From a bacterium (lineage in GTDB: Bacteria; Hinthialibacterota; Hinthialibacteria; Hinthialibacterales; Hinthialibacteraceae): a stretch of 64,000 nucleotides of DNA. The notes beneath the pieces were generated by a model that was not told the DNA's origin, did not search any database, and was given only the letters and a program-made list of their open reading frames with translations. The DNA is taken from the NCBI GenBank assembly GCA_963662285.2, contig CAXXMV010000001.1, forward strand, positions 1,152,001 through 1,216,000, read 5' to 3'. This document shows, in pieces, positions 9,781-19,986 of the stretch (positions are counted from its first letter, which is position 1; every line of letters starts with the position of its first letter). The position numbers and the translations under genes were made by a program.

Positions 9781-10216
9781 TTAATATATTCGTTATAAAA
9801 TATAATTTATAACGGATATAATTTGATAATTAATCTAACTTTTTCTCCGTTTTAGTCGTATAATTTTATAGAATTATCTTTTTTAACACATTGTATCGAA
9901 AGAATATAGAAGTTTTCGATAAGTAATTTCTACTTAAAGTGATTTTCATAGATGGAATTACAACTAATTCTTTAAGAATATACATGAGATAAATGTATAG
10001 AAATGTAATGAATTGCCGATAATATGAGCTGTAAAAGTCAAATATTAAAAACATGCTAAAGTTAAACTGTAACTTTTCACTGACTTGTATTGACATGGGA
10101 AGATTTTTGTTTTAACTTACCACGACCTATTATTGTGTTGTTCTGTCAATGTGTTTTATCTATATATGAGTTGTTTGCCTGAAAAGTGGGTCTGAGGGGA
10201 TTTCCTATCAAGGTGA

Positions 10217-11440
10217 ATGAGTATGGTACGTCACCCCGGGAATTTCCTTGCCCGGCCTACTATGGAAGAGGTTGTTTCGTTCTATTCGGAGAATTTTTTT
10301 GGTCGGATCGAGTGGTGCTTTCCTCCGTTTTTGAGAAAAATGATTCGTATGTGGATACTTGTGCCTGAAGGAGTGGTGCATCGAATGTTGACGTTTCTTC
10401 TTCTATCGCTTCAATTTCTACGTATGTTAACCCAGCAGGTCTCTGTACGACAATTGCATGTGCCTGCTTTGCCTGTATATGCTATGTCCGGGACGGCTAT
10501 CGCTATAATGTTAGTTATTGGATGGGCGCACTGGCCGACTCCTGCGTCTCCTTTAAATATAAATGAGTTGCTAATAGCCCGTATGGACAGTGTTCAAAAT
10601 GCGGTTGTCTGGGCTGATAATAATGCTTCTCAAATCGATGAATACATCCCTCCTGAACTTTATCCCGTTGCAAACTCTCTCCCTGATCCACAAGTAATTG
10701 CCTCAATCGGTTCGTTAAATAGAACAGATACAGGTAACGATCTTGGTTCAGGCGCCATTGCTTCGATATATTTTAAAAATAATGCAACTTATAACAATAA
10801 AGAGATTGAACCCCAACTTCCATTGCTTCAGGGAGCGACTCACATTATCCGCCAAGGCGAAATTTTAGGGGATATCGCAAAAGCCTACGGCGTTAAGTGC
10901 GATATGCTGGAAAGATATAATCCCAGTATTGATCCAAGACGCATGCAAATAGGCAGTAAAATTTTCATCCCGGGCGCGGATAAGGCTATTTTAATACCAC
11001 GAAAAACTCCTATGAGTCTTCCAGTACGTAACGGTTGGGTGATTTCCGGTTTTGGCATGCGCAAGCATCCTCTGGGCGGTAACTTCCGCTTCCATCGAGG
11101 TATTGATATCCCCGAAGCGACAGGCACTCCCGTACGCGCAGTCATGGATGGCGTGGTTATTGAGGCCGACAAGTCAGGAAGCGGTTACTTAGGGAAATGC
11201 GTCAAGATCAGACATAGTAAGGGATATGTAACTGTTTATGGCCACAATAGCCGGATATTGGTCAAGGTTGGCGATAAAGTTAAAGAAGGAAGAATTATTA
11301 GTCGTGTGGGCAGTACGGGAAGATCAACTGCTCCGCATCTTCACTTTGGCGTTAGCAAAAATGGCAAATACGTTGATCCAGAACAATACCTTCCCCGGAT
11401 GAGTCATACACGTCCTCAAACCAGAGTCGCCAGCCGCTAA
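10217..11440 (+). CDS. LysM + M23 family metallopeptidase
   Basis: LysM (HIIRQGEILGDIAKAYGV) and M23 motifs HRGID, YGHNS, STAPHLHF. True start may lie downstream of 10217. Confidence 0.9.
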   Translation: MSMVRHPGNFLARPTMEEVVSFYSENFFGRIEWCFPPFLRKMIRMWILVPEGVVHRMLTFLLLSLQFLRMLTQQVSVRQLHVPALPVYAMSGTAIAIMLVIGWAHWPTPASPLNINELLIARMDSVQNAVVWADNNASQIDEYIPPELYPVANSLPDPQVIASIGSLNRTDTGNDLGSGAIASIYFKNNATYNNKEIEPQLPLLQGATHIIRQGEILGDIAKAYGVKCDMLERYNPSIDPRRMQIGSKIFIPGADKAILIPRKTPMSLPVRNGWVISGFGMRKHPLGGNFRFHRGIDIPEATGTPVRAVMDGVVIEADKSGSGYLGKCVKIRHSKGYVTVYGHNSRILVKVGDKVKEGRIISRVGSTGRSTAPHLHFGVSKNGKYVDPEQYLPRMSHTRPQTRVASR

Positions 11441-11511
11441 TTTTTTTGAATATCTCCATCTCCAAAGTATTATTAAACACTCCCATATAAAAATAAACCG
11501 TTTAAACTGCG

Positions 11512-11627
11512 TTAGAGTATTTTTCTTAATAACGTTCTTTTTCGCGATTCGATATAGCCTGAAAATATTGGCTTTTTCGAAGACCCCAGGTAATAATAAA
11601 CGGTCATATTTTCGAGAATCACTCTAA
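11512..11627. mobile_element. 116-bp MITE (family A, TTAGAG...CTCTAA ends)
   Basis: Reverse-complement homolog of 38497-38612, with imperfect TIRs and an internal dyad. Confidence 0.75.
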
Positions 11628-12469
11628 TGATAAATCCCGTCGAGAATTTTTATAACATAAATCCCGAATTGGAATGGAATCGCTTGTTTATTACGCCTTA
11701 CCGGCGCATCGAATATGAATTAGTTCACCATTATCTGAGTAAATACCTCCCTCCAAGCGGCAGGATTCTCGATTTGGGCGGCGGTCCTGGCCGATACGCC
11801 ATCGCACTGGCCAAACAGGGTTATAATGTAACATTGGTGGATATCTCAAAAAAGAACATCCAATTCGCGAAAAACAAGATTAAAGCCATGGGTTTGATGG
11901 ATCGATTTGATGATTGCTTCGCAGCTGATGCGCGTTTTATCGATCAATTGGCTGATGGTTGGTTCGACGCAGTCTTGTGCATGGGGCCGCTTTACCATTT
12001 ACAGAAACTTGAAGAGCGCATGCAGTGCCTGGATCAATGTTATCGCGTTATGAAAACCAATGCACCGTTATTCTTAACTGCCTTGCCTCGTTTAACTTAT
12101 GTACGCGACGCGCTACGGTCGGGCGCTTTCCAATCCGCCAATGCCGGGGACTTACGTATATTTGATGAAATATATGAAGCAGGTTACTCAAAGCATGCGG
12201 AAGTGCCCCAGATTTATTTTTGCCATCCAGACGAAGTTATAGAATGGTTTACGCAATCGAATTTCGATATAGTAAAAATGGCCTCATGCCATGGTTTCGC
12301 TGCTTTCATGGATGAACAGGTTAACCAGGCGGCGAACAATGCGGAAGCATGGAATGTATTGATTCAACATGTTTTATCAACTTGCGAAAATCTTCAATCC
12401 CTCGCTATGGCGGAACATCTCCTGGCGGTTGGTATTAAACAAAGCATTATTGGAGAAAAAGAATGCTGA
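11627..12469 (+). CDS. Class I SAM-dependent methyltransferase
   Basis: ILDLGGGPGRYA motif I; FDAVLCMGPLYHL. Confidence 0.9.
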   Translation: MINPVENFYNINPELEWNRLFITPYRRIEYELVHHYLSKYLPPSGRILDLGGGPGRYAIALAKQGYNVTLVDISKKNIQFAKNKIKAMGLMDRFDDCFAADARFIDQLADGWFDAVLCMGPLYHLQKLEERMQCLDQCYRVMKTNAPLFLTALPRLTYVRDALRSGAFQSANAGDLRIFDEIYEAGYSKHAEVPQIYFCHPDEVIEWFTQSNFDIVKMASCHGFAAFMDEQVNQAANNAEAWNVLIQHVLSTCENLQSLAMAEHLLAVGIKQSIIGEKEC

Positions 12470-13668
12470 CACAGAAACAAATCGAAGCTGCTTATCAAGT
12501 TATTAAAGGTGAAATCTATCACTCTCCCTGCGTCATGACCAGGACGTTAAGCCGCATTACCGGCAGCAAGGTTTACTTGAAATTAGAGAACCTGCAAATG
12601 ACTGGTTCATTCAAAGAACGAGGCGCATTAAACAAATTGGCGGGCCTTTCATCTGAAGAACTTAACCATGGCGTTATCGCCGCCAGCGCAGGAAATCATG
12701 CTCAGGGCGTCGCCTATCACGCCAATCGCCTGGGCGGCAAGTCTACTATTATCATGCCCGAAGGAACGCCGCTGAATAAAATCAACGCCACTAAAAAATA
12801 CGGCGCTGAAGTAGTGCTCTATGGAAAAACATACGACGAAGCCTATGAAGAGGCGATTCAGCGCCAGCAATTGGAACACTTGAACTTTATTCACGCCTTC
12901 GACGATGTAGAAGTAATGGCTGGTCAAGGTACTATCGGGATGGAAATCTGCCTGGATGGAATTGATCCAGAAGCGGTGATTGTTCCTATCGGCGGCGGGG
13001 GCTTGATTTCGGGCATCGCGGTGGCCATCAAAGAAAAATATCCGAATTGTAAAGTATATGGCGTACAGGCGGCTCAGGCGCCTGCCATGAAATTTTCGAT
13101 CAATGCGGGACGCATAGTGCCCATGAAGACCTCGCCTACTCTGGCTGACGGCATCGCCGTAAAATCGGTAGGGCACCTGACCTATCCCGTGATTAAAAAA
13201 TATGTGGACGATATTATTCTGGTCAGTGAAGAAGAGATCGCCGCCGCTATCATGACTCTGCTCGAAATCGAAAAGAGTCTTGTCGAAGGCGCCGGAGCGT
13301 CGACCCTGGCGGCATTGGCTTATCACGACCTGCCGGTTAAAGATAAAAGAACCGTCTTGATCCTCTCCGGCGGTAATATAGACGTAAATCTTTTGTCGCG
13401 CATCATTGAACGTGGTTTAATCAAGGATGGTAGAATGGTGCGCTTGCGTGTGGAACTTCAGGACACGCCGGGTCAGTTGGCCATCGTTTCGCAGTTTATC
13501 GCTCAACAGAGCGCCAATGTGCTCGAGGTTTATCACAACCGTTCTTTTATGAATGCAGCTATGGGAAAAACATTTCTCGATATCACTCTCGAAACCAGAG
13601 GCAGCGAGCACGTTAAACAAATTATGCAATTTCTTGAAAATGAAGGATACGCTATACAACAGATTTAG
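12463..13668 (+). CDS. ilvA: Threonine ammonia-lyase (PLP-dependent, single C-terminal ACT domain)
   Basis: KLENLQMTGSFKERGA, SAGNHAQGVA, PIGGGGL and SGGNID motifs; ACT domain DTPGQL...LETRG. Confidence 0.92.
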   Translation: MLTQKQIEAAYQVIKGEIYHSPCVMTRTLSRITGSKVYLKLENLQMTGSFKERGALNKLAGLSSEELNHGVIAASAGNHAQGVAYHANRLGGKSTIIMPEGTPLNKINATKKYGAEVVLYGKTYDEAYEEAIQRQQLEHLNFIHAFDDVEVMAGQGTIGMEICLDGIDPEAVIVPIGGGGLISGIAVAIKEKYPNCKVYGVQAAQAPAMKFSINAGRIVPMKTSPTLADGIAVKSVGHLTYPVIKKYVDDIILVSEEEIAAAIMTLLEIEKSLVEGAGASTLAALAYHDLPVKDKRTVLILSGGNIDVNLLSRIIERGLIKDGRMVRLRVELQDTPGQLAIVSQFIAQQSANVLEVYHNRSFMNAAMGKTFLDITLETRGSEHVKQIMQFLENEGYAIQQI

Positions 13669-13681
13669 AGGGAGCATCTCC

Positions 13682-15061
13682 ATGAACCAGCCTATTTCTC
13701 GTCGTGATGCGCTTAAATATGGAACAGCGCTGCCGTTACTTATGACAAACCCAAATCTTTGTCTGGCGAAAATGAAAAGCGATTCCCGCCCGAATATTGT
13801 TTTAATCATGGCGGATGATCTGGGATATGGCGATGTAGGTTGTTATGGTTGTCCTGATATCCGAACTCCTGAAATTGACGGCCTGGCGCAACAAGGCATT
13901 CGTTTCACCCAATATTACGCCAACGCTTCCGAATGCACCCCGACGCGAACCGCTCTGCTCACAGGCAGGTATCAACAGCGCGTCGGCGGCCTGGAATGCG
14001 CCATCGGTACAGGAAATGTGGGGCGCTATGACGATGCTATCAGGCTTCGTGAGCAGAATCAACTCGGCCTGCCAACTTCTGAAACTACTATCGCCAAAAT
14101 GCTTAAAGGCGTCGGATATTCAACCGCCATCACTGGCAAATGGCATTTAGGTTATGACGAAAAGTTCAATCCGCTCGATCACGGCTTCGATTACTTCTTC
14201 GGACCATTGGGCGGCGGGATGGATTATTTCCATCATACCGAATCGGATGGCGGACATCATTTCGTCAAAAATCGCACCCCCATTAAACCCAAAGGTTATA
14301 TGACTGACCTGATCACTGACGAAGCGATTGGTTTTATCGGTCGTCAGACCAAAGAAAACCCCTTCTTCCTTTACGTCCCATATACCGCGCCTCATTCGCC
14401 TTATCATGGTCCAAGCGATGCTCACCAGCAGCCCAAAAATGAAGATGACTGGAATATCGGATCACGGGAGACCTACGCCAAAATGGTCGAATCGATGGAT
14501 AAAGGCATAGGAAGAATACTTGGTGAATTAAAGAAGCAAGGTTTTACCGATAATACCTTAGTTATCTTCTGCAGCGACAATGGCGGCGCCAAATACGCCA
14601 ATAACGGCCTTCTATCCAAGGGTAAGGGAACCTGTTTTGAAGGCGGCATCCGCGTCCCCTGCATCATCAGTTGGCCTGGAAAGATAACTTACGGAACCAT
14701 ATCCAACCAAACCGCTATCACTATGGATTTAACCGCATCAATCGCCCGGATAGCCGGGGCCAGACAACCCAAGCCGTTTGACGGCATCGATATTATTAAA
14801 GAAATCGAAATGAACCGGGGAGAGTTCAAGCGCACCCTATTCTGGAGAAAACGAAGGGGAGAACAAACCTGGCGGGCGGTGCGTGATGGGGATATGAAAT
14901 ACATCTCAGATCAAAACGGCGATAAAACCACCGAATATCTATTTGACCTTTCCACTGATCCCGAAGAAAAAACCAACCTGCTGGCTCGTTCCAAAACGAA
15001 AGTATGGGATTTGAAAAGCCTACTCAGAACCTGGGAAGCAGAGGTAAAGCCTTCTCAATAA
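13682..15061 (+). CDS. Arylsulfatase-like sulfatase, Tat-exported
   Basis: Start placed at ATG 13682 (MNQPISRRDALK twin-arginine signal, RBS gggag). PNIVLIMADDLG, CTPTR (CxPxR), GKWHLG and SDNGG motifs. Confidence 0.92.
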   Translation: MNQPISRRDALKYGTALPLLMTNPNLCLAKMKSDSRPNIVLIMADDLGYGDVGCYGCPDIRTPEIDGLAQQGIRFTQYYANASECTPTRTALLTGRYQQRVGGLECAIGTGNVGRYDDAIRLREQNQLGLPTSETTIAKMLKGVGYSTAITGKWHLGYDEKFNPLDHGFDYFFGPLGGGMDYFHHTESDGGHHFVKNRTPIKPKGYMTDLITDEAIGFIGRQTKENPFFLYVPYTAPHSPYHGPSDAHQQPKNEDDWNIGSRETYAKMVESMDKGIGRILGELKKQGFTDNTLVIFCSDNGGAKYANNGLLSKGKGTCFEGGIRVPCIISWPGKITYGTISNQTAITMDLTASIARIAGARQPKPFDGIDIIKEIEMNRGEFKRTLFWRKRRGEQTWRAVRDGDMKYISDQNGDKTTEYLFDLSTDPEEKTNLLARSKTKVWDLKSLLRTWEAEVKPSQ

Positions 15062-15077
15062 CGGAGTCGTGATAATC

Positions 15078-15107
15078 AAAACGGGACGCCATACAACGCC
15101 CCGTTTT
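15078..15107. terminator. Probable bidirectional terminator between convergent genes
   Basis: aaaacgggacg-loop-cgccccgtttt hairpin. Confidence 0.55.
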
Positions 15108-15131
15108 ATCATTATGCATAAAACACAAACA

Positions 15132-16010
15132 CTACAAATTATTCTTCTTTTTAGAGTGTAGATATACAGCGGAGTGATCCAGGTTGCCATGTCCCTCATC
15201 AACCAGCGACTGGTAGATTTCGTTGGCTGGTTTGGCCAGGGTGAGGTCGGCGCCGCAGCTTTCAATCGCTTCCATAGCGATGCGCATATCTTTAGCGTGC
15301 AATCCCAGGGAGAAATAGGGCGTCTCGAATTCTTCTTTCAATATCAATGGCCCGCGTTTATCCATCATGAAAGATGCCGCTGCGCCGCCTGCTACTGCTG
15401 TAACCACTTTTTCGGCGTCTAAACCGCTTTTTTTTGCTAATGCAATGCCTTCGGCGACCGCTTCCAGCGAGATTGCGATGATGACCTGATTTACCACTTT
15501 GGTCATTTGACCTGCGCCTGGGCCGCCAATCAGGGTGATGGTTTTGCCCATGGCTTCAAGCACTGGTTTGGCTCTTTCGAAAACATCCTCTTCGCCTCCC
15601 ACCATGATCGATAACGCGCCGGATGCGGCGCCTTCCGGACCGCCGCTGACCGGGGCGTCAAGTATACCGATTCCCTGCTCTTTCAGTTGGACGGCGAGTT
15701 TCTTGGCCAGGTCGGGAGAACTGGTGCTGCAATCGACGATTATACCGCCCGGTTTCATTTTTTGGGCGATGCCTTTGGATCCGGTAATGACCTCTTCGAC
15801 GTCCGGCGTATCGGATACGCAGGTTATAACCAGATCGCAGTTTTCCCCCACTTCAGCGGGAGAAGCGCATGGAGTCGCTCCCTCGCTGGCGAGAGATTCC
15901 ATTCGAGCCGCCGTGCGATTAAACACAAAGAGTTCATATCCCGCTTTCATAAGATTACGGGTCATGCTCTGTCCCATGATTCCTAAACCAACAAAACCGA
16001 TCTTTTTCAT
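15132..16010 (-). CDS. NAD(P)-dependent beta-hydroxyacid dehydrogenase (tartronate semialdehyde reductase / 3-hydroxyisobutyrate dehydrogenase family)
   Basis: IGFVGLGIMG, DAPVSGGPEGA and GAGQMTKVVNQ motifs. Confidence 0.9.
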   Translation of the reverse strand: MKKIGFVGLGIMGQSMTRNLMKAGYELFVFNRTAARMESLASEGATPCASPAEVGENCDLVITCVSDTPDVEEVITGSKGIAQKMKPGGIIVDCSTSSPDLAKKLAVQLKEQGIGILDAPVSGGPEGAASGALSIMVGGEEDVFERAKPVLEAMGKTITLIGGPGAGQMTKVVNQVIIAISLEAVAEGIALAKKSGLDAEKVVTAVAGGAAASFMMDKRGPLILKEEFETPYFSLGLHAKDMRIAMEAIESCGADLTLAKPANEIYQSLVDEGHGNLDHSAVYLHSKKKNNL

Positions 16011-16420
16011 ATTCGCCTCATTAAATAATCTTTTTTAAATGATTTTTATTCGCAGCAATGGTTCGGATGCATTCTGTACCAACCGAATCATCAATAAACA
16101 TGCGATTATATAAAGAATATCATCACTAGGTCTTTTGGAATATGACTATGGCGCTATTGAATGTTAAACACGCCGGTTTTTACGCAAACCACTCAATTTT
16201 TAAGGCGGCAGGCCGGATTATTAATAATTCAGATTAACTTTTGGCTGCCGATAATATTATTAAGATATAAAGATTTTACGGTGTTTTATTTGAACCGTCC
16301 AATATTTTTTATACTAGAAAAAAGGACGGAAATTGTTATGCGTTGATTGCGGGAGGCGTCTGCATCAGGCTTGGCGCCGCATTCCAATCTGATGCGTAAG
16401 CCTATTCTTTGGAGGAAATT

Positions 16421-16867
16421 ATGTACGGAAATTGCGTACTTTGCGAACGATTCGCTTCATTAAATCGTTATAAAATTTGTGATACATGCTTTGAGACGGA
16501 TGAAGAATATCTTCAGGTGGCAACTAAAATACTACGTGAGGATGGCCATAAAAACGTTTTTGAACTTGCCGAAGATGTGGAAATTGAACCGGAGCGCATT
16601 TTTCTCTGGGTAGATCAAAAACGCATTTTAACCAGTTCCCTGGAATATCTTTGCCCTAAATGCGGCGGTGATATTCTAAAGGGGATTTGCGATTGCCAGT
16701 TGGAAAGATTTCTGTTTCGCTCTCCGGAAGAGCTTGAACCGGAAGATAAGACCGGCGATGCGCGATGCTACTCAAACCGTCGCGTGTTGGATAAATGCAA
16801 GGAGTATTGGGATTATAAGTCCCGCATAAAACGCCGCCAAAAGCGTGATATCTGGGTTCCATCTTAA
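16421..16867 (+). CDS. YvyF-like Zn-ribbon/HTH protein
   Basis: NCxxC...ICxxC...helical HTH-like segment...CPKCG pattern resembling flagellar-operon YvyF; RBS ggagg before ATG 16421. Confidence 0.55.
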   Translation: MYGNCVLCERFASLNRYKICDTCFETDEEYLQVATKILREDGHKNVFELAEDVEIEPERIFLWVDQKRILTSSLEYLCPKCGGDILKGICDCQLERFLFRSPEELEPEDKTGDARCYSNRRVLDKCKEYWDYKSRIKRRQKRDIWVPS

Positions 16868-16982
16868 TGTGATGAAATCCGGCGCTCAACCAGTGGAAGC
16901 AATGCCTCTTTATTGTACAATGAGAGTGATTTATAGAATAAACGAATATGTTTATGAGAATCGCTCTAGGTGTTGCGCTTTT

Positions 16983-17501
16983 ATGTTTTATAGAAAGAAC
17001 CGTATACTCGATTGGCTTCTTCTTTTATGCATTCCACTTTATGGAGTATTTTTATCTCTACCGGTTATTACCGATGTCGGGTACGAATATCTCTATAATA
17101 CAGCCGTTCGCGCTGAGTCTGAAATGCAATCCATTGCTGAAGCGATTGATAAAATACACGCCCGGTATGGATGTTACCCCGACATGTCCGCCTCTCATTT
17201 CGTGGTTGATGCCAGTTTGACGGTGAATGGAGAAGATATAGGCATCTTTTCTACGGAGATTATTAATACTGTCGTTTTTGATCCATTCATCGCCGGCGGT
17301 TATACGCAATCATACCGATACTATACTGATAGCCAAAACTGGTTTGTTCTGGCATGCAATGGTCCGGATGAAGATGAAGACATTACTTACGAAGTATTGC
17401 TTGATATCATCAACCCTACATACGATAATTTAAGGGAACTGTGTTACGACCACACAAAAGGTTATCGCAGCAACGGAGATATAATCGTAGTTCATCCCTG
17501 A
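16983..17501 (+). CDS. Membrane-anchored GspG/pseudopilin-like protein lacking a prepilin cleavage motif
   Basis: N-terminal TM helix; DPF...WFVLACNGPD...YDHTKGYRSNGDI tail shared with the pilin at 27971-28579. ORF track start is 16845. Confidence 0.6.
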   Translation: MFYRKNRILDWLLLLCIPLYGVFLSLPVITDVGYEYLYNTAVRAESEMQSIAEAIDKIHARYGCYPDMSASHFVVDASLTVNGEDIGIFSTEIINTVVFDPFIAGGYTQSYRYYTDSQNWFVLACNGPDEDEDITYEVLLDIINPTYDNLRELCYDHTKGYRSNGDIIVVHP

Positions 17502-17544
17502 TATCAAAAATAAGTTATTAATATTCTCATAAGCATACGCTAGT

Positions 17545-19122
17545 TTGCCAGGTTCAATCGGAATTCACAAAATGCCATCATCTTCGATCTCTAGAAATTT
17601 ACATTCATTCTCTACGCTGGTGATCATCGCCGCTGCGGCGTTTATCTGTTGCGACCTGCTGCCCGTAGTCGGGATGGTGGATGGAACCTCGTATTTACTT
17701 TTCGCCTTTTTTGAAGCAATTCTTACTCTGTTATTGATCTCTGCCTGGCGCGACCATTCCGAACGGTTGCCTTGGGTGCATTCGTATCTATTCTTCACTC
17801 TAATGTTCATCCGCCTGGCCAGCCGGTTTCTGGCTAATGTAAGCATTTTCTGGGCGTTCCGGACGGGAGCGGTGTATAGCCCCGATATAGGTTTTATCGG
17901 CTATCTCTGCATCATTGCCCTGCATCCCAATGCATATCTTTGGATGCAAAACTCAAGCAGAAATTTCAAGCAGTGGTTTAATCCATACCGGATGACATTT
18001 TTATTCTCTCTGCTGGCTTTATTTATCCTGTCGTGTTTTCTGTTCCGCTCTTTTCATATCACTCGCGATGGATATGACTGGATTGACCGCTCGACTAAAG
18101 CGGTTTGGCATTTGTATATGCGCGAGCCGCTGACAATAGGTCTGTTTCAGTTTATTGCGAATATCGCATGGAACTGGTGGGGAATCACGAGTTTCGCCGC
18201 TATCGGTTTTGTATCGATTGCAGCTGGAGTTTGGTGGATAGTATGGGCCAACCTGTTGATCATGGATAAGTGGTCTGATGACTTCGACCGTTTGCTGGCA
18301 TGGCTATTGGTTGCTTCATCCGGCGGGATAATGATTCTATTTTTCGCTCATATCGAAGTCTATCCGGTCTTCATCGCCAGTCTTATGCCTTTCTTTTATT
18401 ACGCCCATCGATATCTACAGGGTAAAAGCGGCGCGATTCCAGTTGTGCTTAGTTTCAGCATCGCGTTTCTATGCCATCTCTCCGCTGGATGGCTCTTGCC
18501 TGCTTTTGTCTTACTGCCACTCTTATGTCAAAAAAATAATGCAAAAGCGAAGGATTTTGCTCTTTTCATTGGATTATTCGGTTTGATCCAGGCAATGTTT
18601 TGGGGATTTTTGATTGTAGTATATTACGAGGCAAGCCTATCTCTGTTTTTGACGCGGCTTCACGAAACATTTTTTGTGGGATTAGATCGCGCCATGTTTC
18701 TGCCTCACGGGTATTGGTTCCAATCATGGCATCTCATCGATCTGGCCAACGCTTATATCTATTACTCCCTGCCCTGTTGTCTGTTGCTGCCTGTGTTATT
18801 GATTCGAAAGCCTTCGATCCCATCACGGGAAACCTGCTTCTGGATCATCGCTGCTGGTGTATATTTTCTCTATTCTTTTTCCTGGAATCCAGACCGGGGC
18901 TATCCCGAAGATTGGGATCTGTTCTCGCCTTTTGCCACAATCGCAGTGCTTCTGGTTCTACATCTGCTCTTGCCTGTAGTAAAAAAAGCATCAAAAAAAG
19001 ATGGGGGAAGATCAGAACAAGCCAATTCAATTATTTATATCACAGCGGTGGGGACAATCGTGTTTACATGCAGCCAGATTTATTTCCATCATATAATTCC
19101 CTTTGTGCGTCATACTTTTTAG
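17545..19122 (+). CDS. Polytopic membrane protein, possible GT-C-type glycosyltransferase
   Basis: More than 10 hydrophobic segments; 'EVYP', 'HLSAGWLLP' and 'DWDLFS' motifs. Function is inferred. Confidence 0.55.
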   Translation: MPGSIGIHKMPSSSISRNLHSFSTLVIIAAAAFICCDLLPVVGMVDGTSYLLFAFFEAILTLLLISAWRDHSERLPWVHSYLFFTLMFIRLASRFLANVSIFWAFRTGAVYSPDIGFIGYLCIIALHPNAYLWMQNSSRNFKQWFNPYRMTFLFSLLALFILSCFLFRSFHITRDGYDWIDRSTKAVWHLYMREPLTIGLFQFIANIAWNWWGITSFAAIGFVSIAAGVWWIVWANLLIMDKWSDDFDRLLAWLLVASSGGIMILFFAHIEVYPVFIASLMPFFYYAHRYLQGKSGAIPVVLSFSIAFLCHLSAGWLLPAFVLLPLLCQKNNAKAKDFALFIGLFGLIQAMFWGFLIVVYYEASLSLFLTRLHETFFVGLDRAMFLPHGYWFQSWHLIDLANAYIYYSLPCCLLLPVLLIRKPSIPSRETCFWIIAAGVYFLYSFSWNPDRGYPEDWDLFSPFATIAVLLVLHLLLPVVKKASKKDGGRSEQANSIIYITAVGTIVFTCSQIYFHHIIPFVRHTF

Positions 19123-19158
19123 TTGATCCCACTTAAAAAATTCCTCTACAAAATCAGA

Positions 19159-19965
19159 TTACTTTCGCTTGCCAAAGAGAATCATGCGGGGGGACTCATG
19201 ATTAAACGGCAGATTATCGAAAGTTCCTGATACGCCATCAACTGAAAGATCAACAGAAAAAAGCATATCCTTCATTTCTTCATATTCATATAAACGAACC
19301 GATTCATGGTAGATATGGTCTTCGCCTCCCCAATTTTCTATGACGATCTTTTTTTCGACTCGTTCTCCATCCGGTGAGATAGACCGGTATTCACGGATTT
19401 TATAGTCGCCATGTTCTTTAACGGATTGAGCGACCAAATTGTTTCTTACGTATGTCGGATTCAAGTAGTCGAGCATAAAATATCCCTCAGGACGAAGAAC
19501 CCGGGATATTTCCTGCAAAACCAAAAGGTTTTCTACATTAGTAGGGAAATAACCGAATGACGTAAAGAAAGATAATACTATATCCATAGCATTATCCGGC
19601 AGCGGCAGAAGGCGCATGTCGCCGCGTAAATACATCGCTTGCGGTTTTTGACTTATGGCGTATTCCAAAAGTGGAAAAGAATAATCCACGCCCAAAATAT
19701 TTTTTAATCCCGCGCGAATCAAAGCGCGGCAGTGCCGTCCATTTCCACAACAAAGGTCAAGGATTTCATCTTCCGGATTTATCGTAAGGGCGGACAAGGC
19801 CGACTTGATTTCCGCATCGGCTGAATCTTCATCACGATGCGAATAAACATCCATGTAAATATGGTTGAACCATTCGCTCCACCATGCACCACTTTTTTCA
19901 CTACCAGTAGAATTATTGTCTTGGTCTATCTGATTCATGCCGTTCAGTTCCTTCACAATCAACAC
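19159..19965 (-). CDS. Class I SAM-dependent methyltransferase
   Basis: ILDLCCGNGRH, GDMRLLP, FTSFGYF, LDYLN and ESVRLY motifs. Confidence 0.9.
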   Translation of the reverse strand: MLIVKELNGMNQIDQDNNSTGSEKSGAWWSEWFNHIYMDVYSHRDEDSADAEIKSALSALTINPEDEILDLCCGNGRHCRALIRAGLKNILGVDYSFPLLEYAISQKPQAMYLRGDMRLLPLPDNAMDIVLSFFTSFGYFPTNVENLLVLQEISRVLRPEGYFMLDYLNPTYVRNNLVAQSVKEHGDYKIREYRSISPDGERVEKKIVIENWGGEDHIYHESVRLYEYEEMKDMLFSVDLSVDGVSGTFDNLPFNHESPRMILFGKRK

Positions 19966-19986
19966 ATATCATGCACCTTTCAGTCA

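Noticed and set aside
9781-10216. AT-rich intergenic region as an origin or ncRNA
   Set aside because: No DnaA-box cluster or stable structure seen; consistent with a promoter region.
12649-13326. 225-aa antisense ORF (and similar shadow ORFs at 15535, 29127, 35960, 58437)
   Set aside because: Fully overlap well-supported genes on the opposite strand and have no motifs.
13553-13681. N-terminal extension of the sulfatase given by the ORF track
   Set aside because: Overlaps ilvA; ATG 13682 gives a proper RBS and Tat signal.
16340-16405. Hairpin upstream of the YvyF-like gene as a known riboswitch
   Set aside because: I could not match it to any riboswitch consensus (for example, no c-di-GMP GGCAAA core).
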